Assembly: GCA_044376115.1 (NCBI GenBank)
Contig: JBILLK010000037.1
Coordinates: forward strand, 39,304-103,303
Direction: 5' to 3'
Origin: Polyangiaceae bacterium
GTDB taxonomy: Bacteria; Myxococcota_A; Polyangia; Polyangiales; Polyangiaceae
DNA: 64,000 nucleotides
Notes under the pieces: generated by a model
Seen by the model: the letters and a program-made list of their open reading frames with translations, nothing else
Databases searched by the model: none
What the model was told of the DNA's origin: nothing
Position numbers and translations under genes: made by a program
Shown: positions 51,214-58,955 of the stretch, piece by piece
Layout of the letters: each line of letters starts with the position of its first letter
Position numbering within the stretch: the first letter of the stretch is position 1

Positions 51214-52275
51214 ATGAACACGGCCGCGCATCCGCTGTTGGCGTCGCTCGTTCGCGGCCTGATTGCTTTCGTAAGTTCCGTCTGTTGTGTCTTTGGGCCG
51301 AACAAGTTCGCCGCGGCAGAACTCTTGCGGGACGTCGCATGCAAGGGTTGTTTGCTGCTAACAAGCGGCTCGGCTGAGGATGCCCTTCCGTTGGTGGTCG
51401 TCTTGCACGGCGACGAGGGCCACCCGCGCAAAGTCGCCGAAGCCTGGGCCGCCCTCGCCGAGCGCGGCCTGTGTGAAGGACAGCTGTGCAAAGGCTCGAC
51501 GCCACCCGATCAACGGCTGCGAGTGTTCTTGCCTTCGTGCCCCCGCGCGGAGGGGTGTCTGGGGAGCTATTGGCGATGGGGACAGAGCCCCGATTGGTTG
51601 TTTGACCGTATCGATGAGGTCTCTGCGCGCTACGCCCTGGAGTCCAATCGCGTCTATGTGGCAGGCTGGTCGGGTGGGGCGACCTACATAGGAATGAAGG
51701 CGGAAGCGTTCTCGTCTCGCGTCTCCGGTTTGAGCCTTGTTGGCGGCGGCGCGCCGTCGCAGGAGCAGTGCCTCGAGAGCCCCTGCGTCAGCGTGGATTA
51801 CCTCATGGGTGACGCTAATCCTCTATTCGAACTTGCCCGTAACACGCGCGACCGGCTCTCGGAATGTGGGCATCCGCTGCGCTGGCAAGAGCTGGCCCAT
51901 GCCGACCACGGCGCGGAGTGGAGAGCCTACCAGCGAGAGATCCCGGCGATCGCGTCGCGGCTGCTCAAGCTGTCTCGCGCAGCGTGCGAGTCGCCCATCG
52001 AACCCAACCCGCCTGCACCCTCCGCGAGCCCTGACCCACCGCCCTCGACGACAGCACCATCGCTGCCGACCGTCGCTGCTAAGCCGCCCGCCGCTCCGGC
52101 CTCAACGCACGGTTGCACCTGCCAGGTGAATACCCTTCCCGCAGGAGGCGGTTGGCTGCCTGGGATAGCAGCGCTCATTCTTTGGGTACGGCGCCGGCTC
52201 ATCACTCGCCACGATCGCCAAGAACGGTCGAGCTCGGCCGGCCCGCCGCGAACTAGCGCCGGGTGCTCGACCTGA
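51214..52275 (+). CDS. Alpha/beta-hydrolase (esterase-like) with MYXO-CTERM-like sorting signal
   Basis: PLVVVLHG, RVYVAGWSGGA nucleophile elbow, GDANP, DHG; Pro-rich linker then GCTCQV..WLPGIAALILWVRRR. Start uncertain. Confidence 0.75.
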   Translation: MNTAAHPLLASLVRGLIAFVSSVCCVFGPNKFAAAELLRDVACKGCLLLTSGSAEDALPLVVVLHGDEGHPRKVAEAWAALAERGLCEGQLCKGSTPPDQRLRVFLPSCPRAEGCLGSYWRWGQSPDWLFDRIDEVSARYALESNRVYVAGWSGGATYIGMKAEAFSSRVSGLSLVGGGAPSQEQCLESPCVSVDYLMGDANPLFELARNTRDRLSECGHPLRWQELAHADHGAEWRAYQREIPAIASRLLKLSRAACESPIEPNPPAPSASPDPPPSTTAPSLPTVAAKPPAAPASTHGCTCQVNTLPAGGGWLPGIAALILWVRRRLITRHDRQERSSSAGPPRTSAGCST

Positions 52276-52292
52276 CATACGCTCGAAGTCCA

Positions 52293-54215
52293 GTGGACTT
52301 TCTTCGCTACCCGTACGTTCGTTGGGCGATCCTCGCGGTGCTCGGGCTCGCGGTGCTCGTGATCGTGAAACGGGCAATTGCTTGGTTCGGCGGGCGTGAA
52401 GACCGGAACCTCGACGCCCAGCTCAAGGCCGCTCTGGCTGCCGGCGATCTCAAGAAGGCGGGCAACATCCAGGTTCAGCGCGGCAACCTGATCGAGGCCA
52501 CGCGGATTCTGGAGCGAGGCAAAGAGTTTGCGCGCGCCGCCGAGGTCCACCTGCAACTTGGCAATGAGAAGCAAGCCGCGGAGAACTTCGCCCTCGCCGG
52601 GGTGCATGACCGCGCAGGCCCGATCTTCAAGCAGCTCAAAGACCTACCGAAGGCCGCGGCCAGCCTCGAGCAGTCGAAGCACCAGGCGGACCGCCTGGAA
52701 GCGGCGGCCTGTTACCTCGAACTCCGGGAGTTCCTCAAGGCGGGTCGCATCTATCAAGACTGCGAGGAGTACGAGAAGGCCGCGCGCGCCTTCAAGAACG
52801 TCGAAGACTTGGACTCGCTCGACGTCGCGCTGACGATGATGGAGAACGCTGCGCTCAAGGCCGCGCCGGAGATGCGCAAGAGCCTGTGGTCCGACGCCGC
52901 GGTGCTGGCGACCAAGCTGGGGGCGCACGAGCGCGCAGCCAAGGCGCACGACGAGGCCGGGGAGCTGCGCAAGGCCGCCGACATCTACGAGAAGGCGCTC
53001 AAGCAGTTCGAAGTCGCTGCGGTGCTGTTCGTCGAAGCCGGGGATGACGCCTCCTATCAGCGACTGATCTCGGCCGGCGCCTCCAATGCGACGGTGCTCG
53101 ACCTTCGCACCAAGCGGGCTCGTGCGCGCGGCGATACGGCGCTGGCGACGCAACTCTCCGAAGGCGTGCAGCGCCCGCAAAAAGCAGCCGTCGCCGACGA
53201 CGGTGGAGCGACGCGCGTAACCGCAGACGTCAAGCGTGGTGCAGACGCCGAACCGCGGCATGAAGACCGCTTCGAGGTGCTCGGCGAGCTGGGTCGTGGC
53301 GGGATGGGCGTCGTGCACAAGGCCAAGGACCAACGCCTCGGACGGCTGGTCGCGCTCAAGTTTCTGCCTCCGCACGCCACCGAGGACCCCACCCTGCTCA
53401 AGCTCTTTCGCCGTGAGGCCCGCGCGGCTGCAGCGCTGAGTCACCCGGGGATCGTGACGATCTACGACGTCGGGGTGATGGGCAGCCGCGAGTTCATCGC
53501 GATGGAGCTGGTCGAAGGCGAAACGCTGGACGCCGTGCTCGACCACTCCGGCCCGTTGCCCGTCGATAGCCTGCTCGACCTGTTCGAGAAGGTTTGCTCG
53601 GCGATCGAGTACGCCCACAACAACAACGTGATCCATCGCGACATCAAGCCGGCCAACCTGATGCGCACCAAGCTGGGCGTGAAGGTGATGGACTTCGGTT
53701 TGGCGAAGCTCGTCAACGTGAAGACCACCGGCGGTCAGACGGTGATCGGCGGCACGCCCAACTACATGCCGCGCGAGCAGCTGACGGGGCAAGCGGACCA
53801 TCGCGCCGACATCTTTGCGTTGGGTGCGACCTTCTATGAGCTCGCGACCGGCGTGCTCCCCGGCCACCCTGGCGTTCCGGCGCACAAGGCCGATTCGTAC
53901 CCTTCACCTCGCCAACGCGTGCCTACGATCCCAGCGAAGTTCTCCGAGTTGCTGATGCACTGCCTCGAGCCCAACGCCGGCGACCGCCCGCAAGACCTCC
54001 CGACGATCCTGCGTGAACTGCGCACCATCCGCGCCGAGCTCGCCACCCCCGACGTCGTCGTTACCCCGCGCAGAGAGCCGCGCTCGGCGATGGCGGTCGA
54101 GCCGACGGTGGTCTCGAAGCAGCGCGCCCCGCTCCCCCGCATCTCGCGTGAAGACGATGACGACGCTCCACGCAAGAACATCGTCGAGGTCGTCGACCTC
54201 GGAAAGAAGCGTTAG
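52293..54215 (+). CDS. Ser/Thr protein kinase with N-terminal TM helix and TPR/alpha-solenoid repeats
   Basis: LGRGGMGVV, VALKFL, HRDIKPAN, DFGLAK, GTPNYMPREQ; repeated KAA..F/Y helical units. Confidence 0.92.
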   Translation: MDFLRYPYVRWAILAVLGLAVLVIVKRAIAWFGGREDRNLDAQLKAALAAGDLKKAGNIQVQRGNLIEATRILERGKEFARAAEVHLQLGNEKQAAENFALAGVHDRAGPIFKQLKDLPKAAASLEQSKHQADRLEAAACYLELREFLKAGRIYQDCEEYEKAARAFKNVEDLDSLDVALTMMENAALKAAPEMRKSLWSDAAVLATKLGAHERAAKAHDEAGELRKAADIYEKALKQFEVAAVLFVEAGDDASYQRLISAGASNATVLDLRTKRARARGDTALATQLSEGVQRPQKAAVADDGGATRVTADVKRGADAEPRHEDRFEVLGELGRGGMGVVHKAKDQRLGRLVALKFLPPHATEDPTLLKLFRREARAAAALSHPGIVTIYDVGVMGSREFIAMELVEGETLDAVLDHSGPLPVDSLLDLFEKVCSAIEYAHNNNVIHRDIKPANLMRTKLGVKVMDFGLAKLVNVKTTGGQTVIGGTPNYMPREQLTGQADHRADIFALGATFYELATGVLPGHPGVPAHKADSYPSPRQRVPTIPAKFSELLMHCLEPNAGDRPQDLPTILRELRTIRAELATPDVVVTPRREPRSAMAVEPTVVSKQRAPLPRISREDDDDAPRKNIVEVVDLGKKR

Positions 54216-54261
54216 CGCAGCCGGATCGACGCCCGGCTGCGCCAAACCGCGCACGCTCGGT

Positions 54262-55032
54262 TTACCAATTCTCCCGCCGCAGCTCGAGCAGCCACGCCTC
54301 CAGCTCCTCGACGTTGGGCGTCTCCTCGGGCAGGCGCGATTCGCGCTCGGCGCGCTCCAAGCTCGCAAAGGCTCGTTCGATCTCGGACGTCCAATGGGCA
54401 GCCTCGCGTTCGTCGAGCTCGCTGCGTTCGGCGCGCTGTTTGATCGCGATCAAGCTGCGCGCCTCATCAAAGCCGTACACGTCGAGGAGCTCGCGTACGT
54501 CGCTCACCAGCTCGCCGGTGGTCAGCAGGTGCGTCCCGGTCAGCGTGGTGCGCAGCACGTAAAGAGCCTTCTTCGCCGTCGGTTTGGCCGCCAAGGCCAG
54601 CCGCTGGCTCTGGGCGAAGCCGCGATAGTGATGGTGATAACGCTTGCTGAGCGAGCGACGTACGAGCGGCCTCAAGCTCGCAAGCCGTTCATGCTCCACG
54701 AGCGTCGTCGCGCCGAGCACGCGTTCGAGGTAGTTGCCGTTGCCAGCGATCAGGCCGCCGAGCAGCAGGCTCAGCTCGTTGGAGGTGTAATCGATCTCCA
54801 CGCCCTCGATCACCTCGGCGCGATCGAAGGTCACCCGCGGCGAGCTCAGGCCCATAAGGCGCTGGGTCTTTTCGATATGAATCGCCTTCAGATCGAGATC
54901 GCTGTCGGGGGAGGGAAAGCCATAGGCGTGCGCACCGCTCAGATACACCACGAGATGCTCGCGGCGCTCTTCGGCGAGGACGCGTTCGGCAATGCGTAAC
55001 TGATGGTCGCTGAGCAGTGATGCGGCGTTCAT
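54262..55032 (-). CDS. Pol-beta superfamily nucleotidyltransferase, RlaP/YcgL (PF10127-like), copy 2
   Basis: LSGAHAYGFPSPDSDLDLKAIH, GNGNYLE, HHYRGFA, KKALYVLRT.LTG; ATGA overlap with the upstream gene. Confidence 0.88.
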   Translation of the reverse strand: MNAASLLSDHQLRIAERVLAEERREHLVVYLSGAHAYGFPSPDSDLDLKAIHIEKTQRLMGLSSPRVTFDRAEVIEGVEIDYTSNELSLLLGGLIAGNGNYLERVLGATTLVEHERLASLRPLVRRSLSKRYHHHYRGFAQSQRLALAAKPTAKKALYVLRTTLTGTHLLTTGELVSDVRELLDVYGFDEARSLIAIKQRAERSELDEREAAHWTSEIERAFASLERAERESRLPEETPNVEELEAWLLELRRENW

Positions 55033-56327
55033 GGTTCCTCCTCCCAGGCCGCTTCGGGCGCTTCGGGCGCGTCCTTGCCCCACGGCGTTGCGGCGCCGTC
55101 GAAGGACCGCCGAGCGAGCTCGATCCTGACACGGCGCAAGAGCCGATCGGCGCGAGTGACGTCGGGATGGCGCGGCAAGCGGGTGCGATTGCGCGCTTCC
55201 TCGAGCCCGGGCAGTAGCTCCTCGGCCTCGCGCAGCACCTCGCTCAGCGGTACCTGCGAACGTTTGATCGCCAGCAGCCGTTCGCGCCGTGCACCGCTGG
55301 CTGCGAACTCGGGCGTGCCGTGTTCGAGCCAGTCCTGTGCGACGTACAAGAGCCGCAACAGGTTGTAGGCGTTCTTCGGTCGCAGCTCGCGCGGCACCTC
55401 GAAGCTCGCGTCGGCCTCACGGGCATGGGCGACCAGCGAGGCGAAGTCGGCGGCCGGGAGCAGCGCCTGATCATGCAGCGAGCGGTACAGCTGTTTGACG
55501 TACTCCTTGGCGCGATGCAGGTCCGCAGGCGGTGGCGCTGTGTGCTCGCCCGCGCTGGGAGCGCTCGCGGTAAGAGTGGCGAGCGCGAGCTTGTTCGCCA
55601 CCGCGTCCAGCGTCAGCGTTGGTTCGGCGCGCAGCCAGGCGAGCACCACCGCGCGATGTTCCGCCAGGCGCGCGCTCTGCTCGAGGCGGCGCAATTGCGA
55701 CACCGCATAACGCGCAAAGCTGCCGTACACCTCGCGCGAAACGAAGGCCTCGCGTTCCTCCAGCAGCCAGCGCCCAACCTCGTCGGTCGCGCGCGCGCCC
55801 GGCACGAACAACATCTCGAGCGTGTTCGGATCGGCGCGCAAACCCTGCCGAATGGCCTTCTCCACCTCCCAGTAGGTCTGACTACCATCCAAGCTCACGA
55901 GGTCCTCGGTGCGTTCGCAAAGGCCGGCCGTCCAGGCGAGCGGCAGCGCAAACACGCCGCGTTCATCGGTGTCGGAGTGCTCCTCGGCCAGCCCCCACGC
56001 GCGTGAACCCACCACCGTGCGCAACACGATCGTCGGCTCGAGCGCCTCCCAAGCCGCAAAGCGACGCGCGGCGTAACGCGCTTGGCCCTGCTTGCGCACG
56101 TGCAGCGTTCGCCGCTCGAGCTCGACCACGCCCACCCCGACCACGTCGACCCAAACCTGCTCGCCCACGACCTGCGTCACCCGCCCGACCGCCCCGATCG
56201 GCAAAACGCGCCCATCGAAGGCCGGCCCCAGCGCAACCTCTGCGCGCGTCGCCACCTCGGTCCCGTGGGGCAACGGAATCCGCGTGGGATCGATCGCACT
56301 GAGCGAGCGCAGCCGAAGATCGGTCAT
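55029..56327 (-). CDS. Pol-beta superfamily nucleotidyltransferase, RlaP/YcgL (PF10127-like), copy 1, with N-terminal beta domain
   Basis: VVGSRAWGLAEEHSDTDERGVF, YWEVEK, ADPNTLEMLF, SFARYA, KNAYNLLRLL, RERLLAIKR, LPRHPD. Confidence 0.88.
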   Translation of the reverse strand: MTDLRLRSLSAIDPTRIPLPHGTEVATRAEVALGPAFDGRVLPIGAVGRVTQVVGEQVWVDVVGVGVVELERRTLHVRKQGQARYAARRFAAWEALEPTIVLRTVVGSRAWGLAEEHSDTDERGVFALPLAWTAGLCERTEDLVSLDGSQTYWEVEKAIRQGLRADPNTLEMLFVPGARATDEVGRWLLEEREAFVSREVYGSFARYAVSQLRRLEQSARLAEHRAVVLAWLRAEPTLTLDAVANKLALATLTASAPSAGEHTAPPPADLHRAKEYVKQLYRSLHDQALLPAADFASLVAHAREADASFEVPRELRPKNAYNLLRLLYVAQDWLEHGTPEFAASGARRERLLAIKRSQVPLSEVLREAEELLPGLEEARNRTRLPRHPDVTRADRLLRRVRIELARRSFDGAATPWGKDAPEAPEAAWEEEP

Positions 56328-56371
56328 ACGCCGATGATCGAACGAAACGAGGTGAGCGTCAGCTGGTTGGA

Positions 56372-56446
56372 GGGCGGCGCGATGGCGATGGGCGGCGCCG
56401 TGAGGCGGGGCTGGGCGGCGCCGCAACGAGGGGATGGGCGGCGCCG
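56372..56446. repeat. Short direct repeats, core GGGCGGCGCCG at 23-bp period
   Basis: Core at 56390, 56413 and 56436, plus a partial copy at 56372. Confidence 0.7.
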
Positions 56447-56491
56447 TGGCGTTCGCGCCCGCGGGCGCCGCCGCCGCCACCGGCGCGAAGG

Positions 56492-56590
56492 GGATGGGCG
56501 GTCGAAATGGACGTTTTGTTGATTTCGGGGCCCGATCCCCAGCCGATCGCCCGCCCAGTTCAACAAAACGTCCATTTCGAGCTCCCATCC
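56492..56590. repeat. Long inverted repeat / hairpin element
   Basis: TCGAAATGGACGTTTTGTTGA (56502-56522) is the exact reverse complement of 56560-56580; outer GGATGGG/CCCATCC extends it. Confidence 0.9.
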
Positions 56591-56709
56591 TCAGTCGCAC
56601 GGCGCCAACGCGCTACCGCGCAATGGCGCTATCGCGCAGCAGAGGTCACTAATGCGCAATAGCGCCAACGCGCACTGGCGCAGCAGAGGTCGCAGGGCGA
56701 AGGAAGTCG

Positions 56710-56898
56710 GGGGGGCTGCGCTAACCCCCGCGGGTAAGTTCGCGGATTGTGCTGCATGCACTCTGCCAGAGCACGTCTGCCCAGCGGCCAGCCAGGCGAA
56801 CTCGCATAAACCAGCCTTATTGCGGGATGGCCGAAGCCTCTCTGGCCGACGGCCTTCTCGGAATGCGAAGTAACCCCAAGGAGCAAGCGCAGCTCCCC
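56710..56898 (-). ncRNA. Candidate structured non-coding RNA (unassigned)
   Basis: 13-bp closing stem (56710-56722 with 56886-56898, one non-Watson-Crick position), internal stems TCGCAT/ATGCGA and AGTTCGC/GCGAACT, and a cUUCGg tetraloop on the minus strand. Strand is tentative. Confidence 0.45.
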
Positions 56899-56972
56899 AG
56901 GGTTCGTTCGCACTAGGGCTGTTGGGCTACACGCTTGAAGGCCGGCGCTCGCTCGCTCGGACTGCGCTGTGC

Positions 56973-57410
56973 TCATTCCCCCAGCGCAGCAACGTCCGCC
57001 AAGTCCTTGGGCCTGCCAGCGGCGAGCTTGTTCTGAACGAGTTCGCGCTTGCCGATGACGTAGACCTTCAGATCTCCAAGCCGGGCTTCGACACGGTTGG
57101 CCCACGCCTGGCGAAAGACGACTCCATCGATGCGCGTTAGAACGTCGATCCGGTACGGGAGCCGGCCCAACATGAAGACCTTTCCGGGCCGGGAGAGAAG
57201 CTCGATCGGGGGCGCTACAGCCCCGAACCCGAAATCCTCCAGCGCACGCAAGATGCGCGCTGCGTTCGCTGCCGTCGCATCAACGAACAGGTCGAGGTCT
57301 TCGGTGTGCCGAGGTCTCGAGTGAACGGCGAGTGCGTGGCCCCCGACTAGAAGGAACCTCACTCGATGGCGCGTCAGCAATCGTAAGAATTCGCTCCAGT
57401 CCTGGAACAG
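56973..57410 (-). CDS. Small Pol-beta superfamily nucleotidyltransferase (DUF6036-like)
   Basis: FLLVGGHALAVHSRPRHTEDLDLFV, RIDVLTRIDGV, LVQNKLAAGRPKDLADV. Start uncertain (CTG at 57410, or in-frame ATG at 57500/57524). Confidence 0.85.
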   Translation of the reverse strand: MFQDWSEFLRLLTRHRVRFLLVGGHALAVHSRPRHTEDLDLFVDATAANAARILRALEDFGFGAVAPPIELLSRPGKVFMLGRLPYRIDVLTRIDGVVFRQAWANRVEARLGDLKVYVIGKRELVQNKLAAGRPKDLADVAALGE

Positions 57411-57552
57411 CGCAGCCGTAGAGAGCGAAGGTGGCGCGGCGGATTGTCTCGACCGCGGCGAGCCTTTCGCTGGGGCTCTTACGGCTCCAGGCGTCTGCAT
57501 CTTGGAGGTCAGCTTCTTCGACATCGACGACTCGGATGATGCGCTCGATCAC
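57280..57552 (-). CDS. Small hypothetical partner protein of the nucleotidyltransferase (antitoxin-like)
   Basis: DADAWSRKSPSERLAAVETIRR...GLERILTI resembles small genes typically found upstream of this NTase type; GTG start with TACCAT -10 box 6 nt upstream. Confidence 0.65.
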   Translation of the reverse strand: MIERIIRVVDVEEADLQDADAWSRKSPSERLAAVETIRRATFALYGCAVPGLERILTIADAPSSEVPSSRGPRTRRSLETSAHRRPRPVR

Positions 57553-57646
57553 GAGGCGATGGTAGCCCGAGTCCAGTGGCAGGTGCGAGGCGCGTGCCGC
57601 CGCTCTCGCTTCGTCTCGTTCGAGCGGTGGTGCGCGGCGGGCCCGT

Positions 57647-58954
57647 GTGAGAACCTTCCTCCCCGTGCCTTCTGCATCCCGCTCCATCGCTGCTCTATCG
57701 ATGCTGCTCGCCTGCGCCAGCGCGGCGCGGACCGAGCAGCGGCGAGAGACGCCGCAGCGAACGAGCGCACCGGGCCCCTCCGCATCGGCTTCCTCCGCGG
57801 AGGCCGACGGGGCGCGCGCGCGGCTCGCAAAGGAGGCCCTCGCTGGGATCGTTCTCGTGCGTCCCGGCGCCGGCTTCTACCCGTCCTTCGAGGACGCGAC
57901 CTCCGCCGCGTCACCGCCGTCCGAGCCCTCCACGTGCGCCGAGCATGAGCCGCTTGCCTTCGCGGTCGTCGCTGATCGCGCGGGCGTGGTGGAGGTCGTC
58001 GGGCCGCTGTTGCCCGGGAAGCTGGAGGAGGCTGGCGTGCAGATGTCGTGGGGCGACGTGAAGGCCCCCGGGCGCGTCGCGTTCGGGAAGCTCGCCGCGG
58101 TGCTCGCCGAGGCTCCCGAGCTTTTCATGGCCTGCACGCAGACCGTGCGCAGCGCCGAGTTGACGATTCGGATCGAGCAGGACGCAAAGCTGAAGGTGCT
58201 TTCGCATGCGCTCCCCGAAGGTGCCGATCTCGGCTGTCTCGAGCGGGTGATCGGCGAACAGCTGAAGTGGCCAAGGGGCGAGTCGGGAGAGGCCACCATC
58301 GTCCTCGCTGGACGACGCTTGGTGGGTGGTGACGCCGTGCTCTGTCACGAACCGACGCGCGTGTGCCGTGACGGTGGAGTGGAGGACTGGCACCTCTCTT
58401 TGAAGGGGTTCGTAAGGCGGGAGGATCTGCTCGCGCTGAGCACCACGCGGATCGAGCGGGCATATCCCGACGGGACCAGCGTCGTGGTGTTGCCGGGGCT
58501 CGAGGTCGATGTGGCGGAAGGCCGTCCGCGCTTTCGTTCCAGCGTCCTCTCCGGCCTCGACGTCGGTCCGGCATGGAAGGACGTGAGCCTCTCCCTCGCT
58601 CGCGAACGCTTCGCCTCCGGGGCGCTGCCGAAGCCCCCCCCGCCGGCGACGGAGCAGGAAAAGAACGGCGCTGCACTGATTGACGCGAGGGACCGCTGTT
58701 TCGCCACTCGGCTGCGAACCACAGGCGACGCCGCGCAGCGCAAAGGCGCCACGGTCCTCCTGAAGCCTCGATCGAGCGGGGCGTGGATCGCCGAGGGCAC
58801 CGCCGTGACGTTCGAGGACGGTCGCGCGGCCGGCACTGTTCGACTGCCCTTCAGGCTGACGCGGTCGAGCGTGTCACCGGGGCCAGCCGGGTCGACCTGT
58901 GCCGCGCTCGGGCTGCTCGGGGCGAAGCTGTGCTTCGACCTCGGCGCGCAGTAG
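57647..58954 (+). CDS. Hypothetical lipoprotein with internal AgmX/PglI (TonB-C-like) segment
   Basis: Lipobox LLAC; ELTIRIEQDAKL..LGCLERVIGEQLKWP. Confidence 0.65.
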   Translation: MRTFLPVPSASRSIAALSMLLACASAARTEQRRETPQRTSAPGPSASASSAEADGARARLAKEALAGIVLVRPGAGFYPSFEDATSAASPPSEPSTCAEHEPLAFAVVADRAGVVEVVGPLLPGKLEEAGVQMSWGDVKAPGRVAFGKLAAVLAEAPELFMACTQTVRSAELTIRIEQDAKLKVLSHALPEGADLGCLERVIGEQLKWPRGESGEATIVLAGRRLVGGDAVLCHEPTRVCRDGGVEDWHLSLKGFVRREDLLALSTTRIERAYPDGTSVVVLPGLEVDVAEGRPRFRSSVLSGLDVGPAWKDVSLSLARERFASGALPKPPPPATEQEKNGAALIDARDRCFATRLRTTGDAAQRKGATVLLKPRSSGAWIAEGTAVTFEDGRAAGTVRLPFRLTRSSVSPGPAGSTCAALGLLGAKLCFDLGAQ

Positions 58955-58955
58955 C

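Noticed and set aside
56328..56600. N-terminal extension of the 523-aa NTase ORF from 56600
   Set aside because: The translation is low-complexity and runs across the inverted and direct repeats; ATG at 56327 is the more plausible start.
56372..56695. Repeats as a CRISPR array
   Set aside because: Cores of 11-14 bp with ~12-nt spacers are far too short; few copies; no cas genes.
56700..56960. Assignment of the structured element to tmRNA, RNase P, SRP, 6S, Y RNA or retron msr/msd
   Set aside because: No tRNA-like 3' end or tag ORF, no GAGGAAAGUCC, no SRP helix-8 motif, branched rather than rod-like fold, and no Ro60 or reverse transcriptase gene in the window.
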